64,000 bases of DNA from NCBI GenBank assembly GCA_000934665.2, contig KZ538364.1, forward strand, positions 1 through 64,000. Direction: 5' to 3'. Numbering within the stretch: position 1 is the stretch's first letter; the number at the start of each line of letters is the position of its first letter. Below, one piece after another: positions 1 to 11,686 of the stretch. The notes below the pieces were generated by a model. That model saw only the letters and a list, made by a program, of their open reading frames with translations. It was not told where the DNA came from and searched no databases. Made by a program: the position numbers and the translations under genes. The DNA is from Catajapyx aquilonaris. Its lineage: Eukaryota.

Positions 1-123
1 ACTCCCTCATACCCCGGGCGAGAGACACCCACCCAAGAATTAAAATCCCCTGCAAGAATTATCCTGTCATTACCATTGAACCCATCCAACACAACACGGA
101 TGAGGATAAGGAGAGGTTCTGGG

Positions 124-206
<83 letters not shown>
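124..206. repeat. (AAT)n microsatellite
   Basis: Direct reading; it explains the poly-Leu in ORF 59..487. Confidence 0.95.
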
Positions 207-207
<1 letters not shown>

Positions 208-795
208 TCTGAATTGGCTCCCCTTGTCGGCGGTGGGGTGGATTGGTAACCTTTGCCGGCGCGGCGGCGCTGTTGCCTTTCTCCCTCCGATCGGCAGACC
301 TGGTTTCGGGGATTAGTGGGCGGGGGTCTAGCTTTTCCCACATATGTGCCATGAAAATTAAACTGCCCAGATGACTCCAAAATCGGTCGGAGATCAGCGG
401 GGGGGGGGGGGGGGNTTCATTCTGGCAATTCGCCAAATTCAAATGGCCGGCTCCGTTGCGACGCCCCTCTGTGACGTCAATTCCCAAACGCCTTTCCCAT
501 CGCCGATCGATTACTTATTGGCCGATTAGAACCGCTCCACGACCGGAACAAGCGCCAGCTCTTTCTCCGGACGATGCAAAAAAAAACCGCCTGTCCGTAT
601 CTCTAACAGCGCGCCAGGATTCGTCGAACGAAAGCGCACCCGATTTTGGCTCGCTGCTGCCCAGAAAATGGCGGGAAACGTAATGATCCGGCCCTCTTAA
701 CCGCATGTTTTTCAGGAGGAAATGAGTAAAGAATACATGTAACAACAGGATACTTATTACTTCAATTAGTGATCACTCCCCTTGTAACACATGTA

Positions 796-1192
796 ATGGG
801 TCTGTCACACAGGCGTTCCGTTCGCTCGCCCCGAAAAATGTCGCTGCGATCGCTGTGCCCAAACTTGTCAGACATGCGCTGACTCGGTGGTAGGGTTTAG
901 CAGGAGAAGTGAAAGGCGACCTCGCCTCGGGGGACAAGTGGGTCAAGATGGCAGGGGTGGTTGGGGTGGGCAGCTGGGGGAAAAAGGTCTCGGCCAATCG
1001 GAGCCCGACGAGCCGCTGGAGGAGAACGCAGCGAGAGGGTCCTGCTTAGCTGCGTCACCCCCAAAATCCCCCAATTTCCTCGACCGACGAGGCCCCCAGG
1101 GCACAGCGGGGCGCAGCGCTCGCCTGTGTGACCCATGCGCGCGAAGCGAGCGGGGCGACGAAGCGCACGGAACGCCTGTGTGACAGACCCAT
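796..1192. mobile_element. MITE-like element with terminal inverted repeats
   Basis: atgggtctgtcacacaggcgttccg at ~796 is the reverse complement of cggaacgcctgtgtgacagacccat ending ~1192. Both ends are flanked by TA; GC-rich non-coding interior. Confidence 0.75.
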
Positions 1193-1228
1193 TACTCAAA
1201 AACTCCCGTTGTTGTGCTATTTTTGCAG

Positions 1229-1795
1229 AAAAAGGACAGAAGATTCCTGCTGGCTTGTGAGAAGGGTTACTTGGAAACAGTGCGCGGCATGGTGCATAAG
1301 GAAAATGTTCGAAAAATGATGACTATTGTGGACTGGAAGGGAGACAGCGGTCTGCACATTGCTGCCAAAATGGGACGTCAACGTGTCGTTTCGCACCTTT
1401 TGCAGCAAAGATGGTCAGTGGATCACAAGGACAAGAGAGGAAGGACGCCCCTTCACTGGGCTGCGTACTTTGGCCATGTCTCCACATGCGTCAACTTAAT
1501 AATGCAAGGGGCACGGGTGAAGGCAGAGGACAGCCCTCACGCGCAGCAACCAATTCATATGGCTGCGTATGCAGGACAAATAGAAGTGGTTCGCATCCTT
1601 ATCAAGGAAGGCGCAAGTGTGGATGATTACGACAGAAATGGCCAAACTCCACTGCATCACGCTGCCAAAAATGGACAGGAAGATATGACTCATTTTCTGG
1701 TTAAGAGTGGCGCAGATACCTCAGAAGAGGACTTCGAAGGCAACACTCCATCGGACCTTGTCTATGGTAACAAGAAAATAACGTCATTGCTAGAG
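1229..1795 (+). CDS. Ankyrin-repeat exon (intact, about 5 repeats)
   Basis: ttttgcag acceptor, 567 nt open, GAG|gttagt donor; ANK consensus motifs. Confidence 0.85.
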
Positions 1796-3851
1796 GTTAG
1801 TGCACTAACTTTACCTTTGTGTATAATTTAAGCTCTGGTATAAAGAATAATAGTCAGACAGCATACGCTTGAATCCATTACAAATCACCTACTACAAACA
1901 ATTAAGTCCGGAACGTAATTCATATAAAGCTAAAACGTTTGTGTACAGTAAGAATTATCTGGCCGGACTACACTATCAATATTATCAGAAGCTTTTAGAA
2001 TGCTGCATAATGTAATTTACGATATAATCATCATCTGACATTACATAAAGCCATGAGTATAAAATGACAATTTTTGTTGTTACAGGTGAATGATTCATTT
2101 GCAAGTGCTTGTGAAGACGGTAATTTAGATGTTGTCAAAGAGCTTGTTCAAACGTATGGCGAAGAAATGATGGAGGTTCATGACGATGGACATCATGGGA
2201 TTCACCTTGCAGCCCTTAATGGACACGGCGATGTGGTTTCATACCTATTAGAACAACTCCTCTTCATTGTGCATGCAGTGGTGGTGACATGTCTACCGTG
2301 ACTCTCCTGGTGCAGAAAGGAGCAAATGTGAAGGCCATGGATATGGACGGAGATCAACCCATTCACGAGGCCTCACGCTCAGGCCACGTGGCAGTGGTTA
2401 AATATCTCCTTGCAGTTGGGGCTCACATAGAAGACGCCAATCACAATATGTGGATTCCTCTCCATTTTGCCTCTAATAATGGGAAAATAAAAATGGTTTC
2501 GTTTCTTCTGGAGAGAGGAGCTAACAAAATGGCACAGGACGAAAAGGATGGGATGACACCTGCGGACTGGGCAAAAGCGAGGGGTCACACAGCTGCGGTC
2601 CACACACTTAAGGATGGCGCTCAGTCCCCTACGACTGTACACGACAATAATTATATATTTAAGAACCAGTCTTCAAAGGTAAGTTGTTTATGTGCATTCT
2701 GAGAATTAAGGCAATAAGAAATAACATTTTAAAAATATTGTCCCCTGTAAGTTGACTTTTGCTCATGGCCATCATGCCCAACCTCTGCTTATTCACGTGA
2801 CAGTGGGCATCACGTGGTATATGACCTACTTCGTTGGTCAGAAGGCTGATCGTAAAACTGAAGTGAGCAAATGTCTATTTCTTTCGGCACGAAGTTAGGT
2901 GCATGGTAATTTTTGTTATTGTAGGTGATGAGTGATTAGACTGATGACATACTAATGTGTACTAACAATAAGTGAAAAGAATTTTATTGCATTTTTTACA
3001 CCTTTCGTTTCATTCACCATCGTAGACAATACCGTACGTATAGTAATCTACCTTTTGGCAATACCTTTGCAATGCAGGTAGATCCTGCGGACTTCTTGAG
3101 CGCATGTTCCAGTGGCAACTTTGAAAAGGTGAAAGACTGGATACTGAAAGAGAGGGTGGATGTTGAAGCCAAAATGAACAATGGTGGATGGACAGCGACA
3201 CATCTGGCAGCTCGCAATGGGAACGTGGAAGTCCTTCGTTTTCTCCTTGAAAATGGCGCACCATTGGATGTGCAGGCAGAGGGTTGTGACCAGCAGACGC
3301 CTAGCTGCATGGTTCGGAAGAAGTCGTTCTGTGCTCTTACTACTAGACAATGGAGCGAACACAAATATTGTGGACAGGTTTGGGAAAAAGCCTCGGCAAA
3401 TTGCCCTGGACTATGGCCACCATGATGTTGCTCAACTCTTCGTGTCGGAAGCCGACTCGACAAACTCGAAGAGTGGAAGTAGTGAGGAGGAGAAGGAACG
3501 GGACAAGGTAATCTAACCCTGATATTGGAAAATATGTTGCATGCATAAAGTAAAGCCTACGGTATTTTAAATATTGTCCAAGTACCGATGTCATTATGGC
3601 CTTATAAAAATCAATGTATAGGACATGAAAATGCAGTGAATCATAAAATCTGAAATGGTAAACAATAACATTTGAAGCCACGTGTCTCTGAACACTTTAC
3701 GCTGCTTGTTTAGTGTCGTGTCATACAACCTAAATTGTGTAACACCTTTTAAAGGCCCATCATGTAGCGACATCTGTCACTTTATTTAACTTTTACTCTC
3801 ATTTCTCTTGACACACTTGTATGCCACTTACACTATATGATTGTCTCTAAG

Positions 3852-4265
3852 GAGAACAGCAACTACAAGGAGTTTCTGAATGCCTGTTGGACGGAAAACT
3901 TGAAAGACGTCAAATTCTGGGTAGAATTCATGGAAATCAACCTTGCTGCAGCAAGGACAGAGGACAGCGGATGGACTGCGACCCACCTGGCTGCAGAAAG
4001 AGGACACAAAACTGTGCTTCAGTTTCTGCTGGACAACAATGCTCCATTGGATGAACACGTGGGAGTGCCCCACAATCACACTCCACTCCATTTAGCCGCC
4101 ATGTGTGGGAAATCAGCTGCAGTTAGCCTTCTTCTCGAAAGAGGTGCCGATCCTCTCAAGAAGGATTCCGAGGGCAAGACTCCTCATCAGCTGGCTGTGG
4201 AGGATTGCCATGGCTTCGTCGCCAAGCTCATCCAGAATCATGTGGACAAGACAAAAACTAACTGA
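3852..4265 (+). CDS. Ankyrin-repeat terminal exon (intact)
   Basis: Acceptor ctctaag|GAG, ANK motifs WTATHLAA / TPLHLAA / KTPHQLA, TGA at 4263-4265, AATAAA at ~4586. Confidence 0.8.
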   Translation, partial: ENSNYKEFLNACWTENLKDVKFWVEFMEINLAAARTEDSGWTATHLAAERGHKTVLQFLLDNNAPLDEHVGVPHNHTPLHLAAMCGKSAAVSLLLERGADPLKKDSEGKTPHQLAVEDCHGFVAKLIQNHVDKTKTN

Positions 4266-4790
4266 ATAGTAACTGAAGAGACTGAGGCAAATATGTGTTC
4301 CAGTCCAGTTGTGCTTATGAGTTCTGCACAAGCAAAGTCATTCCACCCCACACTGTGAAAAGTGTGGTCAAAGACAAAGTCCTTCCAGTACCACGATGAT
4401 TTTACCTCTGTTCGACCTGTTAATTATAGGCCAAACAGTTTTTGGGAGGTCATAATGTTACTCTTACACAATGTTGGGACTGTGTATTGTATATGTGCCA
4501 TAATTATTGATACGCTACTTATATTAAATGTTGTCATTAAGTTCATTAGTCATTAATTTCCTGCAGACAAGAGTGGTATTGTGTCAATAAATTTTCTGCC
4601 CGGCACCACTGTTACCCAAACTGAAAATTAACACAATTAATGCATAAAAACAAAACAAAAAGATAAGGTACGTTAGGTTGTGTCGGGGACACAATCCGCA
4701 GCTTTTGAGGTGAATAAGTCTTTAAAATCGGATCAGTATTGGGGGGAGTGAATTGATTGTTTATTATCGGCTCGAGTTTTCCTGAGGATC

Positions 4791-6940
4791 CTAGCCAACT
4801 CCCTGACCCTGGCCGGAGTGATCCCTCCGTGGCTCGGGGCAAGTGTACGGCTTCAATTTCAACGTGACTGTTGTATTTCCGTACAGTCGAGGTGTTCCCA
4901 GATCCTGCAAACATTGTTGTTATGTGTACCACCGTAAGATCATGCCGTCATATTTTGTTTAAATATTATGTGAACAGTCCAACTCACGTGAGCAATGACT
5001 GGAAAGGTTATCACAGGTCTGTCTGGATCGTACTCCAAAGGCTCTTCGGGAACCAAGAGCACGGTGAAGTTTTTGTGTCCGTACACCGGCTCCACTATGA
5101 AGTGAACACTGATTGGGTCAGTGATGTCGTCCACTCGAACATCACGGTTTGGTCCTCCGTTGCGATCCATGTCGTACAGTTGGAGAGGGTTCCTCTCATT
5201 CAGAGGAACGTTCGCAGGAAAAGGGACGCCCACTTCGATCTCGTAATTATCTTTAACGAACGTCGGTCTTTCATTGTTGGTGTCCAACAACCCGATGTAC
5301 AACGTCGCCTCGTCCTGAGGAAAAAGTATACTGTCTGAATCAATTTCAAAACACACTCCATTTGGACCAATTACGATCTTATCACGTTCAAAAAGAAAAT
5401 ATTTATTTAAAATGTGGAAATAAAGACTAACCCGTGATGCTCTTCCAGCGTCACCTTCGCAAAATTCATTGAATCTTATCTGCAGATTGTCAATATCTTC
5501 CTGTAATGCAAAGACAGTTACGAAATTACAAATACATTAAGATAGGGAGACGGAGTGTCGCCGCGGTAACGCGCGCGCCCACGGAAGTTAAGGTCCCGGG
5601 TTCAATCCCCACCCGGGGTTCCCACCTTCTTTCGTGCAGAGTTGGGCCATCTCTGGCTTCGTTTCGGGTGGCAATTTCCGATAGACTAAGCCACCCGGGG
5701 GAGTTCACAAAATGACCACTACTCGCCCGCGCACACGCACTTTGCACATCCCCTCCTAATTACCTTGGAGCATACTAACAAGATTAAATCTTGACTCGCT
5801 CCAAAAATAATCCCGATGGTGGTAATCCACCCCCCATATATGTGTAGATATGGGGTAATGCAAAAAAAAAAAAAAAAAAAAAAACATTAAGATGCTCTCG
5901 GATAGAGAAAAAGCACATGGAGATAAAGAAACACTTGTTTTGTCACACACAGTGTCATGATTTTGGCTGATTCCGAAAATATAGTGTATTTTAGTAGTAT
6001 TACATTCGTAATATCTCATGATATTATACGTACGTAATCTGTTGCCAGGGACAGATCTTTGTGGACGTAGACCGTGAATGAATTCTTATCCCAAGTCACG
6101 TCCACATATTCGGTATGAGAGAACGAGGCGAATGTAACGTCTGCAAATAATTATTACACAGTGAATAATATTGTACAATCCGATGAATGTGACCGTAATA
6201 TTATGTCACTGTTACACTAACTATTGATGGGCTTGTTCATGTAGAACGTCGCAATCTTCGTGTTAGGAGGAGTTGAATCCTTCAGACTCAATCCCACCTG
6301 CGGAGGATGCCACTGCATCGGAAAATCACTGGTTGCATTCACCAAACGACATTCTGAGAAGAGAACTAATATTGGTGACTTTTTGCGTGGCGATATAAGG
6401 TGCATTGACTTGTTAGCTATAATATCACAATGCCCCCTGAAAGCCCCTAGATAGAGATAGCATTAAGATACTATACCCCACTCTTCCAACCCCGGAACAA
6501 TTTCACATTAGGCAACCTTCCTGTTAAAATATCTTTACTTCTTGTAAAATTGGATTTAGGTTAAAACAGACGAGTTATAGGGCCTAATCACTAATCCCTG
6601 CACACTTTTATTTCGAACTTTGCTATGCGGCCAAAATCTATGCAAATTTTTCTGGTTATCATTCATTATCTAATTCAAGATAATGTCATCCTCGTTACAA
6701 TAATAATTATGTACACGGCTGGTAAAGTCGCATAGTTCGTATAATATTACTAGTCGCGTTCACTATTTTACAAGCTGTGGAAAGAAACGTAAATCCAATA
6801 AGACTGTATACTGATACATAACAGGCCATAACTGAGTGAAAATATTTTGTAATATTACGATTTTCATCGCTCACGACGTATGAGGCTGTCAGCACAAGTC
6901 CAGCTATCCAGAAGAAAGCGGCACACTTAAGTCCAACCAT
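4791..6940 (-). CDS. Small secreted cadherin-domain protein, copy 1 (~276 aa, 6 exons)
   Basis: Exons 6940-6859, 6353-6222, 6140-6034, 5500-5432, 5314-4988, 4904-4791 splice in frame. Hydrophobic signal peptide (MVGLKCAAFFWIAGLVLTAS). Cadherin-like motifs DTNNERPTF (DxNDNxPxF), YDMD (DxD), LEYD and DLGTPRLYGNTTVTL. No transmembrane segment before the TAG. Confidence 0.75.
5544..5883 (+). mobile_element. tRNA-derived SINE with poly(A) tail and 10-bp target-site duplication
   Basis: tRNA-like head with B-box GGTTCAATCCC (~5599-5610), A-tract 5862-5884, direct repeat acattaagat at 5534-5543 and 5884-5893. Lies in an intron of cadherin copy 1. Confidence 0.85.
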
Positions 6941-7570
6941 TTTTCCCCAAATAGAAATGTAGTTCGTTTCTCTACGCATATACATTCCACTGTGTCGCCA
7001 CAGCACAATGCACGGGCCTGACTGCGGGTGATCACCAACCTGGCCTTTATTCCTCATGTCACGAAAATAATCATTCACGATAACGATTAGACAAGGGGAA
7101 GAAACACTTCTTCGCTGTCCCAGCTTTAGATTTTACTTTCAATCAATACACTAGTTTAAATATCCTATAGGTACAATTCTTTGGATCAAAATCTGAAGAC
7201 GAGCGTTAATAAGTCAATTTTCATATCAGAAACCTTTTTTTCCATGTCATGGGATGTGCTTGTGGATAAGCCTGATTAGTTTCCCAGGAACATAAGTGCA
7301 ATAAACAGATAGCACCTGAAAAATATCCGCAGACATGCGTCACTGCTGATGAATCAGACGATAGGTATAGGTACTGTATACCTACATAAAATATATTGCA
7401 TTGACATTTAACTCTACAAGACGGATGTCAACAAGTGGGTCAACAATTTTATTTGGGGGTGATATTAGCCTATTTACAATAGTTTTGCAGCAGGCTTCAG
7501 ACCATCATTAGGGTTGCATTTCTGTCTTGTCCAGCAAGTGGGGATATTTCATTACCAGACTGGAAGGATT

Positions 7571-8892
7571 CTACGGATTCAATTTCAACGTTACTGTTGT
7601 ATTTCCGTACAGTCGTGGTGTACCCCGATCCTGCAAACATTGTCGTTATTTACACCAATGATGCGATTTGTTCAAAAATAAATTGAAAAGCGCAACTCAC
7701 ATGAGCAATTACTGGAAAAGTTATCACAGGTCTGTATGGGTCATATTCTAAAGGTTCCTCGGGTACCAAGATCACGGTGTAGTTTTTGTTCCCGAACCTG
7801 TGCTTCACTATGAAGTGAACACTGATTGGGTGTGTGATGTCGTCCACTCTGACAGCACCGTTTGTTCCTTCGTTGCGATCCATGTCGTACAGTTGGAGAG
7901 GGTTCTTCTCATTCAGAGGAACTTTCGCAGGAAAAGGGACGTCCACTTCGATCTCGTAATTATCTTTAACGAACGTGGGTCTTTCATTATTGGTGTCCAG
8001 CAAACTGATGTATAACGTCGCCTCGTCCTGAGGAAAAAGTATATTGTACGACTAATTACAATACACCCTCCATTTGCGCGAATTATGATCACTTTCAATA
8101 TGCGGAAGACTAACCCTCGATGGTCTTCCAGCGTCACCTTCGCAAAATTCATGGAATCTTATCTGCAGACTGTCAAGGTCATCCTGTAATCCAACAACTC
8201 TTATAAAGAAATGCTCTTCAAATATTATGCTCTCAGATAGTAAAAGGTATGCTGAGATTATTGTGAACATTTGTTTTTTTACACACAGTATTATCACCTG
8301 ACTAATTCAGAGAGTGTCTCTCGTAATATTAAATTATTATAATATCAAATGCATTATGTCACATAATATTTATACGAACGTAATCTGTTGCCCCGGAGAG
8401 ATCTTTGTGGACGTAAACCGTGAATGAATTCTCATCCCAAGTCACATCCACATATTCGGTATGATGGAACGAGGCGAATGTAACATCTGAAAATAATATT
8501 ATACAGCCATATATGGACTTGAAAAATCCGATTAATGTGACCTTAAAATATTGTCACAGTGAGTATGTTATCGTAGTCTACAAGTACAGGCTACTAACTA
8601 TTGATGGGCATGCTCATGTAGAACGTTGCAATCTTCGTGTTGAGAGGCGTTGAATCGTTCAAAGTCAATCCCACCTGTGGCGGATCCCATTGCATCGGAA
8701 AATCACTGGTTGCATTCACCAAGCGACATTCTGAGAAGAGAACAGTCAGTACTGCAACACAATAACACTACAGATTACAAGCAAAATATTCCACTCATTA
8801 CTAGGTACGGTTGTGACGACGTAACACGAAGTGATGTGTATTAGAACAAAGCCAATAATGCAGAAGAAGGCAGCACACTTCATCATGGCCAT
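7571..8892 (-). CDS. Small secreted cadherin-domain protein, copy 2 (~261 aa, 6 exons)
   Basis: Exons 8892-8802, 8730-8599, 8486-8380, 8183-8115, 8027-7701, 7630-7571. Internal exon sizes (132/107/69/327 nt) are identical to copy 1. Signal peptide MAMMKCAAFFCIIGFVLIHITS and the same cadherin motifs. Confidence 0.78.
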
Positions 8893-9724
8893 CTCCAAAG
8901 GGGTTTAAAATGGTTCCTCGACAAGACTCTTCTGTCACACCGAATCACCAACTCAGCCTCCAATCTTGAGTGAAATGCAATGAATTGGGTCACAGCTGGG
9001 TATGACTCCTTAAAAATGTATTTATTGTCAACAACTGATTGCTGACCTTGATTCACGTGGAGAGAAGGTGCACTGACTTTCTTAACGATATCACAATGCG
9101 CCCTGAAAACATCTAGATAGAGATAACATGATGGGATTTACCGTACTCTTTCAACCCCGGAATAATTACAGATTGCGCAACCCGCTTGTTAAAATGCCGA
9201 TATTAATCCTATCAAAAAAAAATATTGATCCGGTATAAACTTACGAGTCATAATGCATCTGTACAATTTAATTTCTAACTTTGGTATGTTGCACTTATCG
9301 ATATTACGTCTGGTCAGCTTTTTGGAGCATAAACACACATACTATAGGCAGGTTAATCAGATAATTCCAGCCTCAAAGGTTATGTCCATTGTTTGAACAA
9401 GTGTTGCGAATAGTGGTAATGCACTATCTATATTTTTAAAAAACAGCCAAGCATATACTGTAGCTGGTGTAGCATTACGCATACATGTAAAATAATAAAA
9501 TAATTCATTTTTATATGAACAAGGAATAATGACCATATCACCACGACAACCCAAACAAATCCCGGAAAATCGATTAAGTTCTCGTGCTTCCATGGAGACC
9601 TGTTGTCCATCACACAACAAGAGTCAGTCGGGGTCGATTCGCCGGAAGGATCGAACCTCGTCATAGTCACTGCCGTACAATACACTCAGAGTCATTACAA
9701 TACAATTAATTGCACTATTCAAAC

Positions 9725-11622
9725 ATGGTAAGTGTCGGGATTACACTAAAATTTGGGGGAGTTACTACTGGTTTGAATTTCAATTGATTAGGCCTACTAT
9801 TGTACTTGATTTTTTTTAAATTATACAAACGCAACCGCGAGTGCGCACCACAGTTCGCGCCGTATGCATAAGCGTGTTTGATTGACTTATCTCGCAGGCT
9901 AATTAGTTGCTTTTTTCTTTTTGGCAGGAGGACTACCGCGACATGGACCTGACCGTAAAATGCGACAGTTTACAGCCGCAAGCGACCGGCAAGTACCTCC
10001 AGCGGATACCATTGGACTGGTCAGGACCGCCGACCGAGATGCGTGCAGCCGAGCCCATCCCGCAGCCCTGCAACGACAAGGAATTCCCAGTGCAAACGCC
10101 GCACCGGGACCTGCCCCTGGGGCCGTACCAGCCCACCGTATGCCTCAGGGTGCCGACGACACCTCCGCCCCAAGAGGAATCCCCACTGCAGAAGTGGTGT
10201 CAGAACCCGGGGCAGAAACCAGGCAAGTACGCCACTGTCATCAGTGGCGAACCATGCCACGACATCGAACCCCATCGTCCTGAACCCACGACAAGGCGGC
10301 CCGTGGAGACCCCCCAGGGCAGCCCCCAGTCCTACCCCTTGGCCAGTGAGAGACGGTGCCTCTGTTTGCCCCCGGGGCCCTGCAAGTGCGGGTTTGGGAG
10401 ACCTACCCCGGAGGAGGAGAAGATCCCGGAGGATCCGGTCCCTCAGATCCTGGACCCAAACGAGCCCTTCGAGTTCTACCCGGGTCTGATGGAGTCGGAC
10501 AGGCTGGGAAAGCTGAGGCCAGACGTGTTCAGGTATGACCTGTAGCTCAAAATAGCCTCTAAAAGAGACGCTCCTCCCTCTTCCTTACTTGTCAGGAAAA
10601 AATGACCTCTCCTTTGTGTTGATGCTATACTGACGTCCGCTGGAAAAAAAACCGTAACTCAAAATCCACATCCCTTGCGGCGAGAAAAGAAAGAAAGTGT
10701 TACCGAAAGCCACCAAGAGGTGGCGTTGAAGGGGGAAAAGGAACGGGCACCCCACCTCCATCTGTTGGATGCTTTTGGTACCACTCCTTTTTTTCTCGCC
10801 GCAAGGGAAAGTGGATGTTGAGTTACGGTCTTCTTCCAGCGGACGGCAGTATAGCTGTATGGCTTTTGGGCGACCGCACCAGTACAATTTTGTCTTTGTG
10901 CTCCCCGCACAACGGCTCATTGCACAACTATGAACGACCTTTTAACCCCGCAGGTCGTCGGACCAGCGGTACTCGCCTGCAGAGTGGCAACGGTACCACG
11001 ATACCCGACTGTCCCAGTCGGACCAGGACCAGAACATGGCATGGAGGGCCAGCTACCAGGCGAAGTGTTCCATGGCGACCCACTCCGCTCGAGCAGAGTC
11101 CACCCAGAAGGAGGCCACCAAGCAGCTCCATCTGAGGCTGGAGACGGTGCTGATGTCCAAGTGGGACTTCCATGAGCAGATACGGAGGATGAGGGACGAG
11201 ACGGGCAGGATGGCGGACAGGGCCCACAGAGTGATGAACGCCATCAACGTCATCAACCGGAAGGTCGTGGGGATCAACGGGGAGCGCCTCAGGATGATGA
11301 CGGAGAGGAGGGACATCGAGCTGGTCAAGGACGTCGCCGAAGTTGACCTGCAGGTGAAATCTCATGAATACAGTAACATAATTATATGGACATCACCATA
11401 ATAGAGTGCATACGTATGTAGAATTGGCTAGGCGTGACGACTCTATCACTACACATGGTGACTCATCACCTAGGTGCATGTATATAGTTACCACGTGGAG
11501 TGGGAGTAGCATGATGCATGCCAAGAGAGACAGCGTCCCATCTGCGAGTGGCGTTTCGCACTATGTCCACGTGAAGGGCGGGCCTGGCAATGTTGCCAGG
11601 TTTCTGCAATAATAATAATAAC

Positions 11623-11686
<64 letters not shown>

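Larger units (their letters stand above)
1229..4265 (+). pseudogene. Ankyrin-repeat protein gene (5' end not seen), 4 exons, two carrying frameshifts; pseudogene or partly decayed gene
   Basis: Exons 1229-1795, 2086-2678, 3078-3507, 3852-4265, all with AG/GT boundaries in phase 0. Repeated ANK motifs (GRTPLHWAA, GQTPLHHAA, GWTATHLAA, HTPLHLAA). Frameshift deletions near 2255 (YLLEQ joined out of frame to TPLHCACSGG; stop at 2299-2301) and near 3300 (QTP joined out of frame to LAAWFG). Confidence 0.75.

Noticed and set aside
59..487. ORFs with poly-Leu, poly-Asn or poly-Tyr runs (also 11590, 32113, 47508-47981)
   Set aside because: Translations of (AAT)n microsatellites.
2086..3507. Compensating frameshifts in ankyrin exons 2 and 3 (593+430 nt is a multiple of 3)
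   Set aside because: The shifted frame hits a stop at 2299-2301, so the frame is not rescued.
5545..5620. tRNA gene (also 42630-42707)
   Set aside because: A/B boxes are present, but there is no convincing cloverleaf; SINE body, poly(A) and TSD indicate SINEs.
6100..6135. Apparent frameshift in cadherin copy 1 exon 3
   Set aside because: On recount it reads TTC TCT CAT ACC in frame; exon length 107 equals copy 2.
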